Notes under the pieces: generated by a model | Seen by the model: the letters and a program-made list of their open reading frames with translations, nothing else | Told to the model about the DNA's origin: nothing | The model's database searches: none | In this document: piece after piece, positions 1 through 12,681 of the stretch | Numbering within the stretch: position 1 is the first letter of the stretch | Layout of the letters: each line of letters opens with the position of its first letter | Translations under genes and position numbers: made by a program | Assembly (NCBI GenBank): GCA_965208105.1 | Contig: OZ242318.1 | Coordinates: 2,752,001-2,816,000, forward strand | Origin: Candidatus Latescibacterota bacterium | Lineage (GTDB): Bacteria; Latescibacterota; UBA2968; UBA8231 | Length of the DNA: 64,000 nucleotides | Direction: 5' to 3'

Positions 1-1015
1 GGCGGTCGTCGACGCGACGGGCGGGGCCCTCGGGATGGACCGCGTTGTAGGCGGCGACCTCGCCCTGCTGGATGGCGATGTGGACGATTTCGTGAAGTCC
101 GTTGACATCGCCGGCGGCGAAGATGTGGGACTGGCTGGTGCGCATTTCCGGATCGACCAGGATGCGACCGCGCCGGGTCTCCACTCCGGCCGCCTGGAGG
201 CCCAGAGCATCGATGTTGGGCCGACGGCCCAGGGCTTGCAGAACCTGGCTGGCGGCGGCGGTCCTCTCCTCGCCCTGGTGGGAAAAGTGGGCGGTCACGA
301 GCCCGTTTTCAGCAGTGAAGCGGTGCAGCCTGGTCCCGGTGTAGACTTTCATGCCCTCGGCGCGAAAGCGCTCTTCCACCGGCCTGGCTAGATCTTCGTC
401 CCCCTTGGAGAGAATGTGGCCACTGCGCTGCAGAAGCGTGACGCGGGTGCCGATGCGCGCAAAGAACTGGGCCAGTTCCACCGCCACCGGACCGCCGCCG
501 AGAACGAGCAGGGACTCGGGTTGCCGCCGCAGGTCCAGGGCCTCGTCGCTGGTGATATAGCCGGCCTCGTCGAGACCGGCAATGGAGACCCGGGAAGACA
601 CGGAGCCGGTGCATATGACTGTGCTGTCAGCCCGGAGAACCTCCTTCCCCACCCGGATCCGGTGCGGGGACAGAAAGGACGCGCTTTCTTCGTAGAGGGT
701 GAAGCCGGGGTCCCGCAGTTGGGCGATGCGGTGTGCGGCGAAGTCCTCGACCAGGCGGTCCTTGCGGGCGATGATCGCGGCCAGGTCCGCCTGCGGCTGC
801 ACCGGAAGAAGGCCGAACTCGGGTGCCCGCAGCATCAGGGCCATGACCTCCGAAGAGCGCAGGATGGCCTTGCTGGGCATGCAGCCGCGCAGGATGCAGA
901 GTCCGCCCAGGGGGCCGGGATCGACGATGGCGACATTCGCTCCGGCGTCGCGGGCGGTGCGCGCTGCAGCGTAGCCGGCGGACCCACCTCCGATGATCGC
1001 GATGTCGTGGCGCAA
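1..1015 (-). CDS. FAD-dependent pyridine nucleotide-disulfide oxidoreductase (dihydrolipoamide dehydrogenase/mercuric reductase family); 3' end runs off the window
   Basis: Not in the ORF track (truncated); translated by hand from TTG at 1015 with GAGG upstream: MRHDIAIIGGGSAGYAAA (FAD Rossmann), GGLCILRGCMPSK (redox CxxxxC), LVLGGGPVAVELAQ (NAD site), IFAAGDV. Confidence 0.9.
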   Translation of the reverse strand, partial: MRHDIAIIGGGSAGYAAARTARDAGANVAIVDPGPLGGLCILRGCMPSKAILRSSEVMALMLRAPEFGLLPVQPQADLAAIIARKDRLVEDFAAHRIAQLRDPGFTLYEESASFLSPHRIRVGKEVLRADSTVICTGSVSSRVSIAGLDEAGYITSDEALDLRRQPESLLVLGGGPVAVELAQFFARIGTRVTLLQRSGHILSKGDEDLARPVEERFRAEGMKVYTGTRLHRFTAENGLVTAHFSHQGEERTAAASQVLQALGRRPNIDALGLQAAGVETRRGRILVDPEMRTSQSHIFAAGDVNGLHEIVHIAIQQGEVAAYNAVHPEGPARRVDDR

Positions 1016-1086
1016 GTGCAGGTTCCTCGTTGAAATTTTCTGCAATTCTGTCGATTATAACCTTTTCCCTCTGCCCCAACAACGCC

Positions 1087-2274
1087 ATGCGACTCAATCT
1101 CAAAAAATCCCTTTTCCCCATGCTTTTCGTCCTTGCTCCCGGTGCCTTGTGGGCGCGGGAGGACTCCGCCGCGCAGGAGGTCTACACCCTCAGGACCTAT
1201 GACGCGCGGATCCAGCAGGGCATCGATCTGATCTACAGTCTCAAATTCGAGGAGGCAGACCGCTATTTCGAGGGAATAATCGCCGCCGACCAGGCAAACC
1301 CCCTGGGCCACTTCTTCCTCGCCATGGTCACCTGGTGGCGGGTTCTCATCGACCTGGAAAGCCGCGATCACGACAAGGCCTTCTACTCCCTGCTCGAGCG
1401 CTGCATCGAGGTTTGCGACCGCCGCCTGGAGCAGGATCCGATGGACTTCGATGCCGTGCTCTTCAAGGCGGGAGCCATCGGCTTTCGCGGACGTCTGCGC
1501 GGAGACCGGAACCAGTACTTGCGCGCGGCGGGCGACGGATTGAAATCCCTGCCGCTGCTCGAAACCAGCCGCAAGCTGGAGCCTGCGAACAAGGACATCC
1601 TCTTCGGCCAGGGAATCTACAACTACTTCGCCGAGGTCGTACCGCGGGAGTACCCGGTGGTTCGCCCGATCATGTGGCTGCTGCCCGACGGCGACCGCAA
1701 AACGGGCCTGCGACAGCTGCAGCAAGTGGCGCGGGAAGGCCGCTACTCGCGCACGGAGGCCATTTACTTTCTCGCCCAGATCTACCGCATTTTCGAAAAG
1801 GACAAGCACGCGGCGCTCAAATACCTCGAGCAGCTCTACCGGCGCTATCCCGACAACGCGCTGTTCCACCGCTACCTTGCCCGGACCTTGATCGACGTGG
1901 GACAGTGGAACAGGGGGACCGCCCTCTACGAGGAAGCCATCCGCCGCAGTCTGGAGGGCCGCGCGGGCTATCACCGGCGCGGGCACGTGGAGGCGCTCTA
2001 CTACGTGGGGAGGTCGGCCCTGTACTGGCGCCGCCTGGAGGAGGCTAAAACCGCGCTGGCGGCTGCGGACAGCCTGGGGCCTGAAGCCGACGGCAAGCGC
2101 ACCCGCCGATTCATGGTCCTGGCGAACCTCATGCTGGGCAAGATCCACGATGTCCAGGGTGAGCGCGGCAGGGCGGTGGAGCGCTATGAACGGGTGCTGG
2201 GACTGCCCGATTTCAGCAATTGTCACGAGCAGGCCCGCGAGTACCTCAAGGAGCCCTACAGGGCTCCCCCCTGA
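1087..2274 (+). CDS. Secreted tetratricopeptide-repeat (TPR) protein
   Basis: ATG 1087 gives a signal peptide (MRLNLKKSLFPMLFVLAPGALWA); repeated TPR-like helices (EAIYFLAQIY, YPDNALF, AVERYERVL). Confidence 0.75.
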   Translation: MRLNLKKSLFPMLFVLAPGALWAREDSAAQEVYTLRTYDARIQQGIDLIYSLKFEEADRYFEGIIAADQANPLGHFFLAMVTWWRVLIDLESRDHDKAFYSLLERCIEVCDRRLEQDPMDFDAVLFKAGAIGFRGRLRGDRNQYLRAAGDGLKSLPLLETSRKLEPANKDILFGQGIYNYFAEVVPREYPVVRPIMWLLPDGDRKTGLRQLQQVAREGRYSRTEAIYFLAQIYRIFEKDKHAALKYLEQLYRRYPDNALFHRYLARTLIDVGQWNRGTALYEEAIRRSLEGRAGYHRRGHVEALYYVGRSALYWRRLEEAKTALAAADSLGPEADGKRTRRFMVLANLMLGKIHDVQGERGRAVERYERVLGLPDFSNCHEQAREYLKEPYRAPP

Positions 2275-2799
2275 TCATTCTGGTTCCCCCAGCTGCTCCT
2301 TGTAGCGCTTGAAGTTCCGCACGTAGTGGTCGGCGGATTCCCTTAGGCCGGCGATCTCCTCCTCGGTGAGCCGGCGCTTGACCTGGCCGGGGCTGCCTAA
2401 AACCAGGGATCCATCGGGAATCTCCTTGCCTTCGGTGATGAGAGTATTGGCCCCCACGAGGCAGTTGCGCCCGATCCTGGCATTGTTGAGAATCACCGAC
2501 TTGATTCCGATCAGGCTGTGGTCGCCGATTGTGCAGCCGTGCAGCATGGCCATGTGGCCCACGGTGACCCCGCGGCCGACGTCGAGAGGAATGCCCTCGT
2601 CGGTGTGCAGCACGGCGCCGTCCTGAATGTTGGTGCCGGGGCCGATGGTGATGAGATCGTTGTCGCCTCGGATAACCGCGTTGAACCAGACGCCCACCTC
2701 GTCGTGAAGGACTATGGAGCCTACGAGGGTGGCGTTGGCGGCGACGAAGTAATCGTCGCCGCGGATTTCCACCTTGCGCTCTCCCAGGGCATGGATCAT
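2275..2799 (-). CDS. Gamma carbonic anhydrase family / hexapeptide-repeat protein (YrdA/PaaY-like)
   Basis: VWFNAVIRGD, TNIQDGAVLH, VTVGHMAMLHGC with the three Zn-binding His; ATG 2799 preceded by GGAGG. Confidence 0.92.
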   Translation of the reverse strand: MIHALGERKVEIRGDDYFVAANATLVGSIVLHDEVGVWFNAVIRGDNDLITIGPGTNIQDGAVLHTDEGIPLDVGRGVTVGHMAMLHGCTIGDHSLIGIKSVILNNARIGRNCLVGANTLITEGKEIPDGSLVLGSPGQVKRRLTEEEIAGLRESADHYVRNFKRYKEQLGEPE

Positions 2800-2960
2800 T
2801 CCAACCTCCTTTCCTCGCGTGGAGGACCACTCCATCTATTGAAAGCCAAGTTTTGAAATCTAAATAAACTACAACCTGTCCGCGCACTCTGGTATTGGAA
2901 GCGGGCCATACTTACTTTATCCTGCCGTTTTTTGAGAACTGAAGACGAGTGGCGTCCTAT

Positions 2961-3778
2961 ATGCAAAGTTGGGTGATTGCGCGCACGACGCCGGCCTTCC
3001 GGGTCGCATTGATGGCGGCGATCAGTGCCGCGGCGGCCGGAGCTGTTTTCCTTTTGCCGCCCATTCCCCAGGATCCATCCTATCACAACTTTGCCGACCA
3101 GCGCCGGCTGGCAGGCATCGCAAATGCCCTGGACGTGCTCTCGAACATCCCCTTCGCACTTGTGGGGGGAATGGGACTGCTGTTTGTTTGCAACGCACGC
3201 AAGGCCCTGGCCGGCCACCGGGAGCGCCTGCCCTATGCCGCCTTCTTTCTCGGCGTTCTGCTGACGGGTGCGGGATCGGCTTTTTACCACCTGGCACCCG
3301 ACAGCGGGCGGCTGGTGTGGGACCGGCTGCCCATGGCCCTGGCCTTCACGGCATTGCTGGCGGCCGTCCTGACGGAGCGCGTCAGCCTGCGGGCAGGGCC
3401 CTGGCTGCTGGCTCCGCTGGCGCTTCTGGGCATGGGGAGCGTGGCATACTGGCACTGGACGGAACTTCTGGGAAGGGGCGATCTTCGGCCCTATATTCTT
3501 GTTCAATACTACTCTCTTCTTGCCCTGGCGATGACCCTGGTCCTGTTTCCGCCCCGCTACAGCCGCGCCCCAGGCTTCGCCGTGGCTCTTTTTCTCTACG
3601 GGTTGGCCAAGGTTTTCGAGCTGCTGGACGCACCGATCTACAACCTGGCCGGCCTGGCCAGCGGCCACACCTTGAAGCACCTCACCGCCGCCGCCGCGGT
3701 CTACGTGCTGCTGCACATGCTGCAGCACCGAAAAATACTGGCAGACGCAAACCCTCATAAGGAGCAAGGAAGCGAACC

Positions 3779-3782
<4 letters not shown>
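2961..3782 (+). CDS. CREST-superfamily (alkaline ceramidase-like) 7-TM membrane hydrolase
   Basis: PIPQDPSYHNFAD, GSAFYH, WDRLPM, GHTLKH (CREST S/H/D/H/H residues); multiple TM helices; start could be 2949-3012. Confidence 0.75.
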
Positions 3783-6954
<3,172 letters not shown>

Positions 6955-6958
<4 letters not shown>

Positions 6959-7072
6959 TGTCCTGCAAATAACTTCAATAATTGGAGGGCGCTGAAAGCG
7001 TCCATTCTCTCTAGAATTTCAAAAATTCGGCGCCGCGAACTAATGCAAGGAATTTCCAGGACGCAACACTAG
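6955..7072. mobile_element. Possible degenerate MITE/IS-end remnant
   Basis: AT-rich 118-bp segment bounded by TTAGTGTCCTGCAAATAACTT and (reverse complement) CTAGTGTTGCGTCCTGGAAATTCCTT; left end includes the TAG stop of the upstream gene. Confidence 0.4.
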
Positions 7073-7079
7073 AGCCGAG

Positions 7080-8288
7080 ATGCAGCGCTCCCTCAACCTC
7101 GTCAAGATCACCCTGACGGACTTCATCGTGCGCTCTGCCTACCAGATGGGCAAGACCCCTCTCCTGCCCATCTTTGCGGCCTCACTGGGCGCCAACTCCG
7201 CATTCCTGGGCTTCATTGTCTCGGTATCTACCCTGACCGGAATGGTGTTGAAGCCGTTGATCGGCCTTCTTTCCGACCGCTGGGGCCGGCGCTGGTGGCT
7301 GGTGGCCGGCACCCTTTTTTTCGCGGGCATGCCCTTTTTCTACCACCTCGTCCACACCCCGGAGCAACTGTTCTGCGTACGCATCGTCCACGGCCTGGCC
7401 ACGGCCATCTACGGCCCGGTGACGCTGGCTTTCGTGGCCGAGCAGGCCATGCAGCGCCGGGCCGAGCGCCTGGGGTGGTTCGGAATGGCGCGCAACGGCA
7501 GCTATATAGTCGGACCTGCGGCGGCCGGGTGGCTCCTGCTGACACTGGACCCGGTCGATGTCTTCACCCTCATCGGGCTCCTGAGCTGCCTTGCCTTCGT
7601 CCCCGTATTCCTGCTTTCCGAAACGGGTGTCCGCAACGGGAGCAGCCGCCTCCCCGTCCGCCGCCACATTTCAGCGGCGCTTGGAGCGGGCATCCGCACC
7701 CCTTCGGTCTGGCTCTCGGGAAGCCTGGAGCTGACCGTGTTTTTGGCCCTCTATGCTGTCAGGGCTTTCCTCCCCCTGTACGCCCTTTCCCTGGGAGTCA
7801 GCGTCGCCCTGGTGGGAGTATTTTTCTCGGTCCAGGAAGCCGCGCACCTTGTACTGCGGCCCCTTGGAGGGCGCCTCGGCGACCGCATGGGCTATTTGGA
7901 GGCCGTCATCCTGGGCATGATTGCCATGGGACTGCCCCTGTCCCTGCTCTCCATGACCCATGGCCCCATCGGCCTTCTGTCACTGGCGGTGCTCGTCGGC
8001 GGGGCACAGGCTCTGGTCTTCCCGTCCACGGTGGCACTGGTGTCCGAGCAGATCGAGGCGGAGCACATCGGCGCAGGCATGGGATTGATCGGCACCTTCA
8101 AGAACATCGGCAAGGTAGCCGGGCCCATCCTGGGAGGAGGGCTGGTCCACTGGCTCGACTTCGCCTCCATGTTCCGCAGCATGGCCGCCCTCCTCCTTTT
8201 CGGGGCGGTGGCCATGTGGTACTGGAATTGTCGCCGCCAGGAGGGATCGCTGCATCATCCCGGCGTTTCCGGCAGAACCACAGGATGA
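7080..8288 (+). CDS. MFS transporter
   Basis: Motif A GLLSDRWGRR and second-half GRLGDRMG; about 12 TM helices. Confidence 0.92.
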   Translation: MQRSLNLVKITLTDFIVRSAYQMGKTPLLPIFAASLGANSAFLGFIVSVSTLTGMVLKPLIGLLSDRWGRRWWLVAGTLFFAGMPFFYHLVHTPEQLFCVRIVHGLATAIYGPVTLAFVAEQAMQRRAERLGWFGMARNGSYIVGPAAAGWLLLTLDPVDVFTLIGLLSCLAFVPVFLLSETGVRNGSSRLPVRRHISAALGAGIRTPSVWLSGSLELTVFLALYAVRAFLPLYALSLGVSVALVGVFFSVQEAAHLVLRPLGGRLGDRMGYLEAVILGMIAMGLPLSLLSMTHGPIGLLSLAVLVGGAQALVFPSTVALVSEQIEAEHIGAGMGLIGTFKNIGKVAGPILGGGLVHWLDFASMFRSMAALLLFGAVAMWYWNCRRQEGSLHHPGVSGRTTG

Positions 8289-8399
8289 CCGCTTCCTCCA
8301 ATCCAGGCCGCCCGATGCCGCTTCACCTGTGAAGACCGGTGTCCGGGCGGTCCCATCGGTCCTGCGGCCCGGCTCCTGAGCCCAGGGACCCGGGCACGG

Positions 8400-9296
8400 C
8401 TACACCACCAGCACCACGCCTCCCGTGCACAGGCCCATACCCAAAACGATCCGGGTATTCAGCTTTTCCTGCAGGAAAATCGCCGCCATAATCACCGCAA
8501 AAACCGGTGAGAATGAGGTCAGAGTCACGACCTTGCCGGCGCTTGCGTCCTTGAGGGCGACCAGGTACATCAGGGAACCGACGAACATGCCCAGGATGCC
8601 GCTGAAGGCGACGACGAGAAACGTGCGCAGATCGATCCCGCGGAGCCTCTCCTCTTTGTCGGGCAGCACCTTGGTCAGAAAGAGCAGCAGAGCGACGAGC
8701 GGCATGCGGACGGCACTGGCGTGGACGGCGCTGATGTGGGTGAGGGCGGGCTTCAGGAGCACGGTGCTCAGGCCCCAAAGAACAGCCGCCGAAAGGGCGA
8801 GAAAGACGCCGAGCTTCAACTGCCGCGGGCTGGTGCCGCTTGAATCTGGCCGCCCTCCCCAACTGGTGGAGATGAGTATCACCCCTGCGACCACGAGGCA
8901 GGTGCCCAGGAGCAGGTTGTAACCGGCGGGTTGCTGCAGCAGGAGCCATTCGAAGAACAGGGTGGTCAGCGGATAGGTGCCCACCAGCGGCATGGTTCGC
9001 GCCACGCCGACCTCCCTGAGGGCGCTCAGGTACAGGGTGTCGCCGATGACCACCCCGATGACTACGGAACCGCCGAGCAGGAGCCATTCGTGCAGGGCAA
9101 CCTGGCCGAGGTTGGAGAGGGGGTCTCCGAATGGAAGCAGGATCCAGAAGCAGCATCCGCCGACCCCGCAACGGGTCATGTTCATGGCCGCGGGGGAAAT
9201 TTTGTGGGACTGGGTGCGCAGGATCAGGCCGTTGAGCGCCCAGACGAAAGCACAGCTCAGGGCCAGGACTTCACCGGAAGAAAGGGAAAGGTCCAT
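8400..9296 (-). CDS. DMT/EamA family transporter
   Basis: Two EamA repeats, about 10 TM (GDTLYLSALREVG, AAIFLQEKL); ATG 9296 lies 8 bp after the upstream stop. Confidence 0.88.
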   Translation of the reverse strand: MDLSLSSGEVLALSCAFVWALNGLILRTQSHKISPAAMNMTRCGVGGCCFWILLPFGDPLSNLGQVALHEWLLLGGSVVIGVVIGDTLYLSALREVGVARTMPLVGTYPLTTLFFEWLLLQQPAGYNLLLGTCLVVAGVILISTSWGGRPDSSGTSPRQLKLGVFLALSAAVLWGLSTVLLKPALTHISAVHASAVRMPLVALLLFLTKVLPDKEERLRGIDLRTFLVVAFSGILGMFVGSLMYLVALKDASAGKVVTLTSFSPVFAVIMAAIFLQEKLNTRIVLGMGLCTGGVVLVV

Positions 9297-9304
9297 CGCC
9301 GGTA

Positions 9305-10498
9305 TCAGGTGCGGGCATGCTGCGATTGGGCGGGGGCTTGGTACTTCACCTGCAGATGAGGAGTCTCCAGGCGCTGGTGGTTCTGCATGCGCGAGGTCAG
9401 GCAACTCTCCAGGATGCCACTGACGAGGAGGGTGCGGTCCGCGGGATACGGCGCCCGGCCCGAAGTGATCATGGCCTCGATCTGGGCCACCAGGCAGGCC
9501 GAGAAAGAAACGTTGGGGCCGGGAGGGAGAAAGAACTGGGTCGACAAAGGCCCCGAAACGCCCTTGAGGCGAGCCGCGAAGCAGTAGTCCTTGACGGCCC
9601 CGTCGATCATGAGCAAGGTGGCCCGGAGGCCGTCGCTGTATTCGACGAGGTAGGTGGCCGAATTCTTTGCAAGCCGGAACAACTCGCCGCTACCCAGCAG
9701 ATTCTGGACGCGGCCGTCGGTTTCGGTGAGGCCCCGCGGGGTGTCGCTGCGCGACAAGGCCGCTTCGAGAAGCTCTTCGGACCAGCGGCCCCGTGCTCCC
9801 TCCTCCCATACTGCATCGCCCTCGATCAGCTGGACGGCGCTCACCCCGGTCTCGCCGCCCAGGCGCCGCTCCACCATGCACTGCATCGCCTCGAGAGCGT
9901 GGTAATCCATGGGGTCCGAGGGCCCTACTCCAATCATGAGGGCGCCCTCCACCTCACAGGCCAGAGGCAGTTCGATATCGGGCAGCCGCCAGGTCACCGG
10001 CAGCGACGAGCCGGCGAGAAGGGGGAAATTCAGACGCCTCGCGCTGTCTACCATCTCGCGGGCCTTGGCAAAGCTGTAGGAGAGGTGCTTGTCGTTGAAG
10101 ACGGGGACACTGCGGCCGTCCGCCTCGAAAACCTCGACGCACTCCATGAAGAACTCGTAGCGCGGGTATAGAATCTGCCCCTTTTCGTTCCTTGGGTAAT
10201 CTCCGTGCTCGGCGATGATGACCACCGCGTCCACGGCCAGTTGGTCGCCGCCGCAGCGAAGAGCCCCGGCAATGGTCGGATATACCTCAAAGCCGAACTC
10301 ACGCGCCCGGTCCGCACTCTGATCATCCGCCGGCTTCTGGTCGACGTAAAGGGAGACGATCCGGGCAGGGGGGCGGTGCCAGCGCCCGGCGCGGGGGTAG
10401 CCGACCAGGAACCGGTCGATGAAGTGCTGGGCGTGAGATTGGTAGCGGTAGACCGTGGCGATGACGGCTATCCGCCGGGGAAGGCAATCCGCCGTCAC
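9305..10498 (-). CDS. Uncharacterised Gfo/Idh/MocA-like Rossmann-fold protein (paralog 2)
   Basis: SHAQHFIDRFL, VSLYVDQ, AVDAVVIIAEHGDYP, VFNDKHL, AGSSLP; clearly homologous to the adjacent gene. Confidence 0.8.
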   Translation of the reverse strand: MTADCLPRRIAVIATVYRYQSHAQHFIDRFLVGYPRAGRWHRPPARIVSLYVDQKPADDQSADRAREFGFEVYPTIAGALRCGGDQLAVDAVVIIAEHGDYPRNEKGQILYPRYEFFMECVEVFEADGRSVPVFNDKHLSYSFAKAREMVDSARRLNFPLLAGSSLPVTWRLPDIELPLACEVEGALMIGVGPSDPMDYHALEAMQCMVERRLGGETGVSAVQLIEGDAVWEEGARGRWSEELLEAALSRSDTPRGLTETDGRVQNLLGSGELFRLAKNSATYLVEYSDGLRATLLMIDGAVKDYCFAARLKGVSGPLSTQFFLPPGPNVSFSACLVAQIEAMITSGRAPYPADRTLLVSGILESCLTSRMQNHQRLETPHLQVKYQAPAQSQHART

Positions 10499-11689
10499 TC
10501 AGGTCCTCCAGAAGGTCGATGCCGCCGGAGGGCGGTAGCGGATTTCCAGGTGGGGCGTAAGCTGGAGAGCCTGGTCCCGGAAGAGACTTTCCACCCCTGC
10601 CTCGACCAGGCCTGTGGTCAGCAAGGTGCGCTCCACCGGGTAGGATGCCTGTCCGCTGAGAAACATCCTTTCGATATGGTTCACCTGGGGTGAGAAAAAG
10701 TTGGCCAGGGTAGTGCGCACGGGAGGCATGGGCAGGTACATTTGCGTGGACAGAGGCTCGTCGCGGCCCTCCACCCATGCGGCGAAGTTGAAGTCCTGCA
10801 CCAGTCCATTGAGCAGGATCATGGTCGAAACGAGTCCATCCAGGTGCTCGTAGTGGTAGGCAACGGGATCGGCGGCCACGACCTTCATCTCGTCCAGCGT
10901 AGGGAAGATATGGTTGAATCCAGGCCGCGAGGGAGTGAGGGTATGGCTGCGGCAGAGCGCCGCCTCGAACAACCCTGGCGACCACAGTCCCCGGGCGTGC
11001 GCCTCCCAGAACGCATCGCCGCGATAGGCCTGCAGCCAGCGGACGCCCTTCTCTCCTCCGCAACGGCGCTCGACCATGCACTGCAGGGTCTCTAAGGCGT
11101 GAAAATCATAGGAGTCGACGCCGCCGTAGCCTATGCACAGGGCCTCGCGCAGGCGGGCCCCGAACGGAAGGTCGAGGGACGGCGTGCGCCAGGTGACGGG
11201 CAGGGACGACCCGGCCATGAAGGCAAAGCCCATCTCGCGGGAGGTATCGTACATGCGCCTTGCCCGGTCCCAGTTCCACGACAGGTGCTTGTCGTTGAAC
11301 ACGGGCACCGAGCGCCCGCTGGAACGGAAAACAGCGACGATCTGCTCGAAGAGTTCATAGCGCGGATAGAGGGTCTGGCCCTTGTCGTTCTTTGGATAGT
11401 CGCCGTGTTCGCCGATCAGCAGAATCCCGTCGACGGCCAGGTCGCTGCCTCCCTGAGTGAGGGCTTCGGCGACCGTGGGGAATACCTTCATGGAGGGAAA
11501 GCGGCTGGCGCGCTCTGCGCTCAGGTCGTCCTCGCGCACCTGGTCCACATACAGGGATACCAGGTCCATGGGCGGATAATGATAGCGCCCGTTCCAGCCA
11601 TAGCCATCGAGGAAGCGGTCGACGATGTGCTGGGCGTGGGACATTGAGTGATAGATCGTCGCCACGGCGGCGATGCGGGGCCGGGCCAC
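10499..11689 (-). CDS. Uncharacterised Gfo/Idh/MocA-like Rossmann-fold protein (paralog 1)
   Basis: Same motifs (SHAQHIVDRFL, IGEHGDYP, VFNDKHL, YDFHALE); directly abuts its paralog. Confidence 0.8.
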   Translation of the reverse strand: MARPRIAAVATIYHSMSHAQHIVDRFLDGYGWNGRYHYPPMDLVSLYVDQVREDDLSAERASRFPSMKVFPTVAEALTQGGSDLAVDGILLIGEHGDYPKNDKGQTLYPRYELFEQIVAVFRSSGRSVPVFNDKHLSWNWDRARRMYDTSREMGFAFMAGSSLPVTWRTPSLDLPFGARLREALCIGYGGVDSYDFHALETLQCMVERRCGGEKGVRWLQAYRGDAFWEAHARGLWSPGLFEAALCRSHTLTPSRPGFNHIFPTLDEMKVVAADPVAYHYEHLDGLVSTMILLNGLVQDFNFAAWVEGRDEPLSTQMYLPMPPVRTTLANFFSPQVNHIERMFLSGQASYPVERTLLTTGLVEAGVESLFRDQALQLTPHLEIRYRPPAASTFWRT

Positions 11690-11690
11690 T

Positions 11691-12257
11691 CTACAGACCG
11701 ATCTCGGGGGCGACCTCGCGCATGGCCGCGATCACGTCCTCGGTGAGCTCGTCGAGCCCGACCCCCAGCATCCGGGCTCCCCTGGCAATGACCTGCCGGT
11801 CGGCGCCGGCGGCAAAACTCTTCTGCTTCCACTTCTTCTTCACCGACTTGAGGGTCAGGTCCCGGACGCTCCTGGAAGGCCGCACCAGGGCGCAGGCCGT
11901 GACCAGGCCCGCCAGTTCGTCGACCGCGTAGAGGGTCTTCTCCAACTCGCTCCGGGGTTCGACATCGGTGCATATTTCCCACCCATGTGAAAGGACGGCG
12001 CGGATGTACTCCCCGGGCCAGTTGTTCTCTCTCAGGATCTCCCCTGTTTTGTGGCAATGCACCTCGGGGAACCTTTCGTAGTCGAGATCGTGAACCAGGC
12101 CGACGATTCCCCATTTTTCCTCGTCCTCGCCGCGCTTGCGCGCCATGTAGCGCATGACCGCCTCGACCGCTTTGGCGTGATTGATCAGGGAGATGTTCCC
12201 GTTGTATTTTTCGAGCAGCTCGAGAGCCTGTTCGCGGGTGGGCGGGAGCTCTTCCAT
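11691..12257 (-). CDS. HD-domain (HDIG) metal-dependent phosphohydrolase
   Basis: LINHAKAVE, GLVHDLDYE, LYAVDEL, KSVKKKWKQKSFAAG. Confidence 0.88.
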   Translation of the reverse strand: MEELPPTREQALELLEKYNGNISLINHAKAVEAVMRYMARKRGEDEEKWGIVGLVHDLDYERFPEVHCHKTGEILRENNWPGEYIRAVLSHGWEICTDVEPRSELEKTLYAVDELAGLVTACALVRPSRSVRDLTLKSVKKKWKQKSFAAGADRQVIARGARMLGVGLDELTEDVIAAMREVAPEIGL

Positions 12258-12333
12258 GCCGGGCTCCAATTTGTTGGCTTCGATTGGGCGAATTGTTAAC
12301 TTTGTCGAAAGGGCATTCGGGTACAGGACAGAT

Positions 12334-12372
12334 ACCGGCCTATTAATTAGGCCGGTTCTCTTTTCATGTCAA
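12334..12372 (-). promoter_or_regulatory. Putative sigma70 promoter of the HD operon overlapped by a 23-bp palindrome (possible operator)
   Basis: Minus-strand TTGACA (12372-12367), 17 bp, then TAATTA inside ACCGGCCTA-ttaat-TAGGCCGGT (12334-12356). Confidence 0.45.
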
Positions 12373-12616
12373 CAAGGCGCAGGGCCCTCCAACCAGGGGG
12401 TATGATTCCCCCAGGTGGAGGCATGGTGAATGGAATTCATCAAGCGACTATCGCCCGCGATTTTTTTGGAGGAAGGGTGCTGCGGTTTCACATCGCGTCC
12501 CCGGCAATTTTGCTCTCGTTGACATCGGTGGCCTGATCCTCCCGCTGCCCGGTATCCAGGTGATTTCGCACTGAGCCGCCATTTGCCGGTCCATCAGGGA
12601 GGGGAAAACCATAGCC

Positions 12617-12645
12617 TTGCTACAAAATTTCCCCTGTAATATCAT
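12617..12645 (+). promoter_or_regulatory. Putative sigma70 promoter of the transketolase-like gene
   Basis: TTGCTA-17bp-TATCAT, 36 bp before ATG 12682. Confidence 0.5.
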
Positions 12646-12681
12646 AGCCAACTCCACCCACCATCGGCGAGGGAGCCGATC

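Noticed and set aside
1-1015. Mercuric reductase (merA) call
   Set aside because: No N-terminal metal-binding domain or mer genes nearby, and the diagnostic C-terminal Cys pair is outside the window; kept as a family-level call.
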